Source of the DNA: Porticoccaceae bacterium
Lineage (GTDB): Bacteria; Pseudomonadota; Gammaproteobacteria; Pseudomonadales; Porticoccaceae
Direction of reading: 5' to 3'
Assembly (NCBI GenBank): GCA_028822945.1
Contig: JAPKCN010000001.1
Coordinates: forward strand, 1 to 47,533
Length of the DNA stretch: 47,533 bases
Positions 39,610 to 47,533 of the stretch are shown here, piece after piece (within the stretch, counting starts at the first letter, position 1; each line of letters starts with the position of its first letter). The notes below the pieces were generated by a model. That model had not been told where the DNA came from. It worked only from the letters and a program-made list of their open reading frames with translations, and searched no databases. The position numbers and the translations under genes are program-made.

Positions 39610-41556
39610 ATGAAAATTAATCTTAATATCCCCTCCCGCAACAATTTTTTCCATTATCTGGCCGCGTCAGTCTGTCTAATGGCACCACTGGTTACTCAGC
39701 CGACGCTGGCCACCGATAGCGAAGAGCTTCAGGAGGTACTGGTCAGTGCCTCGCTTTTGCCGATCGCTAGGTCGCGGTCGGCGAGCGCCGTCACAGTGAT
39801 AGACCGCGAGCAGTTGAAAAACCGTTTAGCGCTCGACGTTAGCGATTTACTGAGGGATGTGCCCGGTATGTCGGTCAGCCGCAGCGGCGTGATGGGTTCG
39901 CAAACGCAGGTGCGTATGCGAGGTGCCGAGGCCAACCATGTGTTGGTGTTGATAGATGGGATCGAGGTTAATGACCCTTCGCTCGGTGATGAGACAAGTT
40001 GGGCTAGCTTGAGCGCTGCAGATGTTCAGCGTATCGAAGTACTGCGCGGTCCGCAGAGTGCGCTTTACGGCAGCGACGCGATGGCCGGCGTGGTCAGTAT
40101 CGAAACCACGGGCGCGGAACAGGGTGCGAGTGCGCAGCTGTTTTCAGAGGCCGGTAGTTTTTCGACCCATAGGTCGGGTCTCGCGGTGGGCCATGCCGAG
40201 CGGCGTTATAATATCCGTTTGAACGCTAGTCATTTGGAGACTGGCGGAGACAATATTGCGCGAACTGGGGAAGAAAAGGATGGCTATCGCAACACTACCA
40301 TTAATTTGACCGGCGCATTGAACTTGAGCCGCCAGCTGAAGCTGTCGCTGACCGCGCGAGATCATCAGAGTCGCAATCAGTTTGATGCCGACGATGACTA
40401 CGATGGCTTGGTTGAGGATCGCGATCGTTCGACAGATGCCGACAGCACCATACTTGGGGTAGCGTTAAACTACAATTCGGCCGACAACTTGTGGCGCCAT
40501 CGCCTGGCCCTGTCCGACGTCAATTTTGACAACCACAACTTTAACGCTGGCGTAACAAATGGAACCACTGAGTCGACTAAAACCCGCTACCAATATGTTG
40601 GATCGCGCCTCTGGGATAGCCTGCAACAGCAGCTTTCGTTTTTGGCTGAAGCCGAGCGAGAAGACTATCGCCAGGCCGGCGGCTATGCTTTTGGCAGCGA
40701 TGCCAATACCGTCGTCGAGCGCAAGACTGAGAGCTTTGCTCTAGAGTATCGGGTCGACCCGAGCGAGCACTTGACGCTCGGTATCAGCGGTCGTCACGAT
40801 GGCAATGAGCGTTTTGACGATGCCAACACCTACCGTTTGGAAGCTCTCTACAGGTTGAGTGAACGGACTCAGATCCGCAGTACTTGGGCGACTGCGATCA
40901 AGAGCCCGACTTTTACCGAACTCTATGGCATATTCAGCGGTTTTTCCGGTAATCCGGAACTGCAGCCAGAATCATCGAAAAGCTGGAGTTTGGGTCTCGA
41001 TCACAGCGCCATGGGCGGCGATCTCAGCGTCTCTCTAAACCTCTACACGACAACGCTCGAGGACGAGATTAAGACAGTTTATGCGCCGGACTTCAGTTCC
41101 ACAGCGGAAAACTTTACCGGTGAAAGCAAGCGCGATGGTCTCGAAGTATCGTCGCGCATCGCCCTCAATCCAGAGCTGGCGCTGACCGCGGCCTATACCT
41201 TTACCGACGCTACTGAGACCGATAGCGCGAACGCAGAGAGTAAGGAGTTACGACGACCCAAGCACACAGCGAGCCTCAATTTGGCGTGGCGAGCGCTGCC
41301 GAATTTGTTGATCAACACTAATGCCCAATACAACGGTAGTCAATCCGATCTGTATTTTCCACCCTGGCCAACTCCGATGGAGACAGTGACGATGGAGGCC
41401 TACACACTAGTCGCCGTGCACGCCAATTACAGTGCCACTCGGCAATTGGATATCTATCTGAAAGTGGACAACCTATTAGACGAGGATTATGAAGATGTGT
41501 TTGGTTACCAGACTCTCGGCTTCGGTGCACGTATTGGTGCTCGCTACAGTTTTTGA
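39610..41556 (+). CDS. btuB: TonB-dependent cobalamin receptor (BtuB-like)
   Basis: Signal peptide; TonB box EVLVSA; plug motifs MRG...HVLVLIDG and RIEVLRGPQSALYGSDA; C-terminal Phe; riboswitch context. Start trimmed to the ATG at 39610 (GCAGGA RBS). Confidence 0.88.
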   Translation: MKINLNIPSRNNFFHYLAASVCLMAPLVTQPTLATDSEELQEVLVSASLLPIARSRSASAVTVIDREQLKNRLALDVSDLLRDVPGMSVSRSGVMGSQTQVRMRGAEANHVLVLIDGIEVNDPSLGDETSWASLSAADVQRIEVLRGPQSALYGSDAMAGVVSIETTGAEQGASAQLFSEAGSFSTHRSGLAVGHAERRYNIRLNASHLETGGDNIARTGEEKDGYRNTTINLTGALNLSRQLKLSLTARDHQSRNQFDADDDYDGLVEDRDRSTDADSTILGVALNYNSADNLWRHRLALSDVNFDNHNFNAGVTNGTTESTKTRYQYVGSRLWDSLQQQLSFLAEAEREDYRQAGGYAFGSDANTVVERKTESFALEYRVDPSEHLTLGISGRHDGNERFDDANTYRLEALYRLSERTQIRSTWATAIKSPTFTELYGIFSGFSGNPELQPESSKSWSLGLDHSAMGGDLSVSLNLYTTTLEDEIKTVYAPDFSSTAENFTGESKRDGLEVSSRIALNPELALTAAYTFTDATETDSANAESKELRRPKHTASLNLAWRALPNLLINTNAQYNGSQSDLYFPPWPTPMETVTMEAYTLVAVHANYSATRQLDIYLKVDNLLDEDYEDVFGYQTLGFGARIGARYSF

Positions 41557-41616
41557 TGGGGTAGCGGTTGACCCTTTAGCTGCTGATGTCCTTGCTTGCG
41601 AGGCAATTGCGATCAG

Positions 41617-42318
41617 ATGGAGCTAGTCGGCGACAATCACCAGCGTTTGCTGCTGTCTTGGAGCAGCGGCAAGGACAGCTGTTGGGCGTTACATCAGCTG
41701 TTGCAAGATTCAGGCGTTCGGGTGGTTGGCCTGCTCACTACCTTTAATAGTCACTTTCAGCGCTCCGCAATTCATGGTGTACGTATGGAGTTGCTGCGCT
41801 TGCAGGCAAAGGCAATAGGACTGCCGCTCATCGAAGTGGGGCTGCCGTGGCCGTGCGATAACCGTCAGTACGAGCACCTTATGGCGGATGCGCTCGCATC
41901 CGCACGACGGCAGCTGCAGATTCAGACGGTGGCTTTTGGCGATCTCTATCTGGAAGACATTCGCCTCTACCGCGAACGCCAGATGGCGGACACGGGTCTC
42001 GCCTTGGACTTTCCCCTTTGGCAGTTACCGACTGGCCTTTTGGCGCAGCAGATGCTCGACGGCGGCCTGCGTGCTAAGGTAACCTGCATAGACCCAAAGT
42101 TCGTTCCCAGAGAACTGGCGGGAAGCGAATACGACCGCGGTTTTTTGCGAGCGTTGCCGGAGACTGTCGATCCCTGTGGTGAAAACGGTGAATTCCACAC
42201 CTTTGTTTATGATGCGCCAATGTTTGCTGCGCCGCTCTCTATCAGCGCCGGAGAAACAGTCCAGCGGGACGGTTTTGTATACACTGACTTTTTATCTGAG
42301 GAGGATCTATGCGGATAG
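41617..42318 (+). CDS. PP-loop ATP pyrophosphatase, Dph6/MJ0570 (diphthine-ammonia ligase-like) family
   Basis: SWSSGKDS PP-loop, FGDLYLEDIR.YRE, FPLW and DPCGENGEFHTFV. Start is ATG 41617 or TTG 41596. Confidence 0.85.
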   Translation: MELVGDNHQRLLLSWSSGKDSCWALHQLLQDSGVRVVGLLTTFNSHFQRSAIHGVRMELLRLQAKAIGLPLIEVGLPWPCDNRQYEHLMADALASARRQLQIQTVAFGDLYLEDIRLYRERQMADTGLALDFPLWQLPTGLLAQQMLDGGLRAKVTCIDPKFVPRELAGSEYDRGFLRALPETVDPCGENGEFHTFVYDAPMFAAPLSISAGETVQRDGFVYTDFLSEEDLCG

Positions 42319-43229
42319 TCTCTTTGTTGCCTAGCGCCACCGAATTAATCTGTGGATTGGGGTTGCGAGATCAGTTGGTGGGGGTGTCTCACGAGTGCGA
42401 TTATCCCGACTCTGTTGTTGGTTTACCGACGCTGACGAGCTCGCGAATCCCTCCCGGCCTTTCGAGTGGCGAGATCGATAAGTTAGTCAGTCAGCAATTG
42501 CAAGATGACCAGGCGTTGTACGATTTGGATGTGCCGAGGCTTATTGAACTGGCGCCGGATTTGATTGTTACTCAGGCGTTGTGTGACGTTTGTGCGGTGT
42601 CGGGTAACGATGTTGCCCGCGCGCTGGGTAGCCTTCCGGGAAATCCACAGCTGGTCAATTTAGAACCCATCTGTCTCGATGATGTGTTGGAGACCGCAAC
42701 TATTGTCGCGACGGCGGCCGGCGTGCCCAAACTGGGGAGAGACTATGTTGATCACCTCAGTGGTCGCATCGCACAGGTGGCGAATAGAAGCGCTGCGTTG
42801 ACCCCTTGTGAGCGACCGCGAGTGGCGTTGTTGGATTGGTTGGAGCCCCTGTTCGACGGTGGTCACTGGAGTCCCGAAATTATTTCCTTGGCTGGCGGTC
42901 TAGCCTGTTTTGGCGAGCGTCGGCAACCCTCGCAACGGCGTTCTTGGCAGGCGCTAATCGATGCAGCTCCCGAGGTTATTATCATCGCGCTGTGCGGTTT
43001 TAATGTGGCCCGCTCGATGCAAGACGTCGACCAGTTCATGGCGTCACCGGGTTTTTCGCAGTTGCAGAGTAACTCCGCAACTGAGGTTTATTTGGTGGAC
43101 GGCAACGCCTATTTTAGCCGCCCCGGCCCGCGCTTGGTGGACGCCCTTGAAATGAGTGCTAGTACCCTCCACCCGGACATCCATGGGCTGCCGATCGGCA
43201 TACCTCGGGCGCTCAAAATCAATCCCTGA
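42309..43229 (+). CDS. BtuF/TroA-like cobalamin-binding fold protein without signal peptide
   Basis: Begins directly at RIVSLLPSATE; VGVSHECDYP, PDLIVTQ, GHW.PE and YFSRPGPRL; strong GAGGAGG RBS. Confidence 0.85.
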   Translation: MRIVSLLPSATELICGLGLRDQLVGVSHECDYPDSVVGLPTLTSSRIPPGLSSGEIDKLVSQQLQDDQALYDLDVPRLIELAPDLIVTQALCDVCAVSGNDVARALGSLPGNPQLVNLEPICLDDVLETATIVATAAGVPKLGRDYVDHLSGRIAQVANRSAALTPCERPRVALLDWLEPLFDGGHWSPEIISLAGGLACFGERRQPSQRRSWQALIDAAPEVIIIALCGFNVARSMQDVDQFMASPGFSQLQSNSATEVYLVDGNAYFSRPGPRLVDALEMSASTLHPDIHGLPIGIPRALKINP

Positions 43230-43255
43230 AACCAATAGCTTGGAGTAGCACGCAA

Positions 43256-43867
43256 ATGGTAGACGACAGTAAAAAGCAGCAATCGCACCAGCGCAAAATG
43301 GAAAAACTTAAAGACAGTGTTGATGCGACGATGGCCTCTGCCGATGTCGAGCGCGGCGTATCGATCCTGCTGACCGGCAACGGCAAGGGTAAGTCGAGTT
43401 CGGCCTTTGGTATGGTGATGCGCGCGCTCGGCTATGATCTTCGCGTTGGCGTTGTGCAATTTATTAAGGGACAACAGTTGTCGGGTGAGGAGTTGTACGT
43501 ACGCGACAAATGCCCCGAGGTCAGCTTCTATCAGATGGGTACCGGTTTTACCTGGGATACTCAAGACCGCTCTGGCGATATAGAAGCGGCCGTCAGGACC
43601 TGGGAGGTGGCTGCCAAGATGCTATGTGATCCGAGCTATCACTTGGTTGTCCTCGACGAGTTGACCTACATGCTCAGTTTCAAATACCTCGATCAGGCGA
43701 TGATCATGGCGGCGTTGGGTAATCGACCAGAGAATCAAAGCGTGGTCGTAACTGGCCGCGGTGGCGGCAGTGCGCTGATCGAGTGGGCCGATACCGTGTC
43801 TGAGTTAAAGGAAGTCAAACACGCTTATAACTCCGGTATCATGGCGCGACGTGGCGTCGACTTTTGA
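43256..43867 (+). CDS. cobO: Cob(I)alamin adenosyltransferase (CobO/BtuR)
   Basis: TGNGKGKSS, QFIKG, GFTWDTQ, LDELTY and KHAY..G..A.RGVDF. Confidence 0.96.
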   Translation: MVDDSKKQQSHQRKMEKLKDSVDATMASADVERGVSILLTGNGKGKSSSAFGMVMRALGYDLRVGVVQFIKGQQLSGEELYVRDKCPEVSFYQMGTGFTWDTQDRSGDIEAAVRTWEVAAKMLCDPSYHLVVLDELTYMLSFKYLDQAMIMAALGNRPENQSVVVTGRGGGSALIEWADTVSELKEVKHAYNSGIMARRGVDF

Positions 43868-43897
43868 TCACATTAAGCATTCAACGAAGCACTTAAG

Positions 43898-44935
43898 ATG
43901 CGCTATGTCGCGCCACCTGTGCTGATCGCTGCGCTGCTGTGGGGATTGCTTGTGGTGGTGTGCCTCGCATTGACCCTTGGCACCGTTGAGCTTTCTGTTG
44001 GCGATCTGTGGCGCATACTGATCGGGCAGGCGAAAGGTCCCCAAGCCGACAATTTGCGCACCATAGTCTTTGATATCCGTATGCCGCGCATACTTTTGGC
44101 ACTGTGCATCGGCGGCATACTCGCTCTGAGCGGCGCGGTGATGCAGGGCTTGTTCCGTAACCCGCTCGCAGACCCCTCATTAATTGGTGTGTCTAGCGGT
44201 GCCTCAGTGGGCGCCAGTATCGCCATCGTGTTTACGGGAGGTCTGGTGCAGGTAAACGCTTGGATGGGTTTGTCGGTCGTTGCCCTCGGTGCCTTTGCCG
44301 GCGGACTGCTGGCCACAGTGTTGGTCTACCGCTTGGCGACGTCTGAATTTGGCACCTCGGTTACCACGATGCTTTTGGCCGGAATTGCTATCGGGGCGAT
44401 TGCCGGAGCACTTAATGGGTTACTCAGTTATTTCTCCAATGACAGTCTTCTCCGACAGATCAGCATCTGGCAAATGGGAAATCTGAGTACCGCAAGTTGG
44501 AGTCGACTGCTGCCGGTGGCGGTGACAATGTGCGTGCTTTTAGTGGTGCTACCACGTGTGGGTCTGGCGCTCAATGCCCTGTTGCTCGGCGAATCCGAAG
44601 CGCGGCATTTGGGCATCAATGTGCAACGCATTAAGCGGCAGTTGATTGTCTCCACTGCTCTGGGAATCGGCATAGCGGTAGCAGTCGCCGGGTTGATTGG
44701 GTTTGTCGGTTTGGTTGTGCCCCACTTAATTCGACTATTGATTGGCCCTGATCATCGCTGGCTGCTGCCGGCATCGGCGCTGGGTGGGGCGGTGTTACTG
44801 ATTGTTGCGGATACCTTGGCACGCGTGGTTGCCTCGCCCGCAGAATTGCCCATTGGCATACTCACCGCTCTGATCGGTGCGCCATTATTTATTGGCTTAC
44901 TGATTCGGCAGCGCAGGGAGTTGCAGTTGTGGTAA
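43898..44935 (+). CDS. FecCD-family ABC permease (BtuC role; HmuU-like sequence)
   Basis: RMPR, QGLFRNPLADP, GESEARHLG, IGFVGLVVPH and ELPIG. Confidence 0.9.
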   Translation: MRYVAPPVLIAALLWGLLVVVCLALTLGTVELSVGDLWRILIGQAKGPQADNLRTIVFDIRMPRILLALCIGGILALSGAVMQGLFRNPLADPSLIGVSSGASVGASIAIVFTGGLVQVNAWMGLSVVALGAFAGGLLATVLVYRLATSEFGTSVTTMLLAGIAIGAIAGALNGLLSYFSNDSLLRQISIWQMGNLSTASWSRLLPVAVTMCVLLVVLPRVGLALNALLLGESEARHLGINVQRIKRQLIVSTALGIGIAVAVAGLIGFVGLVVPHLIRLLIGPDHRWLLPASALGGAVLLIVADTLARVVASPAELPIGILTALIGAPLFIGLLIRQRRELQLW

Positions 44936-45702
44936 TTGCCGCCGACCATCTCAGCCTGCGTGTATCGGGATTTGATTTGCTTCGCGATCTGAGCTTTGTC
45001 GCGAATTCGGCAGAGATCACCGTGGTGGTAGGGCCCAACGGCGCCGGCAAGTCGAGTTTGTTAAAAGTGCTCATTGGCGATCTTGTGCAGACCTCGGGCG
45101 AGGTGATATTAAACCGCCGAGCGCTTACCTCTTGGGCCGTCGGTGACAAAGCGAAGATCCTTGCTGCACTACCCCAGCACAGCGTGTTAAATTTTCCATT
45201 TACCGCCGCCGAAGTCGTCCATCTAGGGCGAATACCCCACCATACGGGCATCGAGCGCGACGCGCAGATCGTCGATGAGGTACTTGCCAGAGTCGATGCC
45301 AAGTATTTACAGAAGCGTTTTTATACCCAGATGTCTGGTGGTGAACGCCAGCGTGTGCAATTAGCTCGGGTATTGGCGCAAATTTGGGAACCATCGTGCC
45401 TCGGAGAGCGATTTTTGATCCTCGATGAGCCCACCTCAGCTTTTGATTTGGCGCATCAACAGTTGACCTTGGCGTTGGTGCGCGAACTGGCGGACAGTGG
45501 TATCGGCGTGATTATGGTGCTGCATGACCTCAACTTAGCGGCGCGCTGTGCCGACAAAATACTAGTGTTGGATGGGGGTAAAATAGCCGCGCAGGGTGCG
45601 CCCAACGAGGTGTTGACTGCAGCGGTGATTGATCAAGTCTTTGGCGTCGATGTCGAGATAGGTGAACACCCCATCACCCATCAATTAATGGTTATCAGTT
45701 GA
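44929..45702 (+). CDS. ABC ATPase (BtuD role; HmuV-like sequence)
   Basis: GPNGAGKS, MSGGERQRVQLARVLAQIW, LDEPTS and LHDLNLA. Confidence 0.9.
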   Translation: MVIAADHLSLRVSGFDLLRDLSFVANSAEITVVVGPNGAGKSSLLKVLIGDLVQTSGEVILNRRALTSWAVGDKAKILAALPQHSVLNFPFTAAEVVHLGRIPHHTGIERDAQIVDEVLARVDAKYLQKRFYTQMSGGERQRVQLARVLAQIWEPSCLGERFLILDEPTSAFDLAHQQLTLALVRELADSGIGVIMVLHDLNLAARCADKILVLDGGKIAAQGAPNEVLTAAVIDQVFGVDVEIGEHPITHQLMVIS

Positions 45703-46613
45703 TGGGTATTTTTGCGACATTGCTATTGCTATTGCTATTGCACTGCTCGGTCGTTGCGGGGGAGACTGAGCCCTCGGCACTCGCGGTCAGCGACGACATG
45801 GGCGTCCATGTCGCTCTGGCGGAGCCGGCCGAGCGGATTATCAGTCTCTCTCCGAATCTAACCGAGATGCTGTTTCACCTCGGAGCTGGTTATAAAATCG
45901 TCGGGGTGGACGAGTATAGTGTATACCCTCTCGCCGCGAAAAATATACCTCGGGTGAATAATCATGCGGCGGCTAATTTTGAGTTGATCCTATCGCTGCA
46001 GCCCGACTTGGTGGTGGCTTGGCAGTCGGGCAATGGCATACAAATGATTAGCCGCCTGCGTGAGTTGGGGCTGACAGTCTTCGCAGTGGAAACACAGAAA
46101 ATCTCTGAGATCCCCCCACTTTACCGGCGACTTGGGGAACTCCTTGGTATCCCTGCGCATGCTGAGGTGTTAGCTAGCGAATTTAGTGACCGTGTGAGCA
46201 CTCTATCGCAGACCTATCGAGATCTTCAACCGGTGGATGTTTTCTATCAAATATGGAGCGATCCATTGATGACCTTAAACGGCGAGCACTTAGTTAGCGA
46301 TGTAATCACACTGTGTGGCGGTCGAAACGTTTTTCGCGATGCCTTACCTATAGCTCCGTCAGTGGGTATCGAGGGCGTCATAGCTGCTGATCCCGAGGTA
46401 ATTATAAGCAGTGGGGAATTAGCTGATCTTGATCGCTGGCGCACTCAGTGGCTGCAGTGGTCAGGGATTAGTGCGGTTGCCAATCGGCATCTTTATTTGG
46501 TGCCGCCGGACCTGATGCAGCGGCAGTCGCCAAGATTGTTAGAGGGTGTGGAATACCTATGTGACCATCTACAGAATGCGAGGGCATCGGAGATCATCGG
46601 GGTATCACCATAA
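45702..46613 (+). CDS. btuF: Periplasmic cobalamin-binding protein BtuF
   Basis: Hydrophobic signal peptide, RIISLSPNLTE, PDLVVAWQSGN, FYQIW..PL.T and CGGRNVF. Confidence 0.85.
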   Translation: MGIFATLLLLLLLHCSVVAGETEPSALAVSDDMGVHVALAEPAERIISLSPNLTEMLFHLGAGYKIVGVDEYSVYPLAAKNIPRVNNHAAANFELILSLQPDLVVAWQSGNGIQMISRLRELGLTVFAVETQKISEIPPLYRRLGELLGIPAHAEVLASEFSDRVSTLSQTYRDLQPVDVFYQIWSDPLMTLNGEHLVSDVITLCGGRNVFRDALPIAPSVGIEGVIAADPEVIISSGELADLDRWRTQWLQWSGISAVANRHLYLVPPDLMQRQSPRLLEGVEYLCDHLQNARASEIIGVSP

Positions 46614-46625
46614 ATACCCCGTTTT
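46598..46625 (+). terminator. Rho-independent terminator of the B12 operon
   Basis: CGGGGTAT-caccataa-ATACCCCG-TTTT; the btuF stop codon TAA lies in the loop. Confidence 0.65.
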
Positions 46626-46658
46626 CAGCCATGGTTTTTAAAAAAACAATTGTTTTTA

Positions 46659-47533
46659 TTATAAGTCATACCCCCTTTCATTATGTTCTACTAGGTCGAG
46701 GCCGTTGGTTTCTTCCTCTGCATCGATGCGCAGGCCTACCATAGCATCGACAAATTTCAACAGTAGCCAGGTGACAATCGCAGTATAAACAAACGTCGAG
46801 ACTATACCGACGACCTGCACACCGACCTGTGATGCCATATCCATACCCTCAGCATACCCCTGGCCGCTGAACAGACCGAGTTGATCGGAGGCAAAAATAC
46901 CGGCAAAAAATGTACCCAAAATGCCGCCGACACCGTGCACTGGAAAAACGTCGAGCGAGTCGTCGATTTTGAAGCGTTGCTTGATCGCCTGTGTCGCGTA
47001 ATAACACACTACGCCGGCGCTCAGGCCTATGATCAGTGCGCCGCCGGGGCCGACAAAACCGGAAGCTGGCGTGATTGTGCCGAGGCCGGCGACCATGCCG
47101 GTGACGGCACCGAGTACCGAGGGCTTGCCGTACTTGACCGACTCCATCATCATCCAAGCTATCGCACCCGCCGAGGCTGAGATGTGTGTGACTAGCATCG
47201 CCATGCCGGCATCGCCGTTGGCAGCCAGAGCCGAGCCGGCATTAAAACCAAACCAACCGACCCACAGCATGCCTGCGCCAGTCACCGTCATGGTCAGATT
47301 GTGCGGCGGCATCGCCTGATTGGGAAAGCCGCGGCGATTGCCGACCACCAGCGCCGACACCAGTGCGGCAACACCTGCAGTTATGTGCACCACGGTGCCA
47401 CCGGCAAAATCCAATAAACCCATGTCTGCCAACCAACCGCCGCCCCACACCCAGTGTGTGACAGGTGCATAAACGGCTAGCAGCCACAGCGCGCTAAACA
47501 GCATCATGGCGCCAAAGCGCATGCGCTCGGCAA
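46659..47533 (-). CDS. amtB: Ammonium transporter (5' truncated by the window)
   Basis: AERM at the window edge, DFAGGTVVH, GWFGFNAGS and DDSLDVFPVHG (both conserved His present). Confidence 0.96.
   Translation of the reverse strand, partial: AERMRFGAMMLFSALWLLAVYAPVTHWVWGGGWLADMGLLDFAGGTVVHITAGVAALVSALVVGNRRGFPNQAMPPHNLTMTVTGAGMLWVGWFGFNAGSALAANGDAGMAMLVTHISASAGAIAWMMMESVKYGKPSVLGAVTGMVAGLGTITPASGFVGPGGALIIGLSAGVVCYYATQAIKQRFKIDDSLDVFPVHGVGGILGTFFAGIFASDQLGLFSGQGYAEGMDMASQVGVQVVGIVSTFVYTAIVTWLLLKFVDAMVGLRIDAEEETNGLDLVEHNERGYDL

Noticed and set aside
46659-47533. Functional link between amtB and the ammonia-ligase-like gene of the B12 operon
   Set aside because: amtB is convergent and separated by a terminator; adjacency alone is not evidence.
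1-47533. tRNA, rRNA, CRISPR array, IS elements, defence systems
   Set aside because: I found no cloverleaf motifs, regular repeat-spacer units, transposase motifs or defence-gene motifs by eye. A tRNAscan/Infernal run would be needed to exclude small RNAs formally.

Overview
Core-chromosome segment of a gammaproteobacterium. The dopC/dopE-like pair and the amgK-murU/lptD layout suggest Cellvibrionales/Oceanospirillales (inference). Gene order: 3' end of rplQ; an unexplained ~570-nt AT-rich spacer; the lptD-surA-pdxA-rsmA-apaG-apaH operon (-); amgK-murU, a VanZ-like gene and a DUF2007-like gene (+); miaB, phoH-ybeY-corC-lnt, a peroxiredoxin and leuS-lptE-holA (-); a DUF1820-like gene followed by a permuted type II secretion cluster gspEFGHIJKLM-C-D-exeA-exeB (+); a lambda O/P-like replication pair upstream of aceK (-), divergent from radA, whose promoter carries a consensus LexA box; a cobalamin riboswitch heading a 7-gene B12 uptake/processing operon; and the 3' part of amtB (-). 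I saw no tRNA, rRNA, CRISPR, transposase or integrase. The best leads are (i) an apparently cytoplasmic corrinoid-processing module in the B12 operon: a Dph6-like ATP pyrophosphatase, a Cys-rich BtuF-fold protein without a signal peptide, and CobO; and (ii) the domesticated phage-type helicase-loader locus, which shares an SOS-box-containing divergent region with radA and has a hairpin over its start codon. All calls come from motif recognition by eye; no searches were run.
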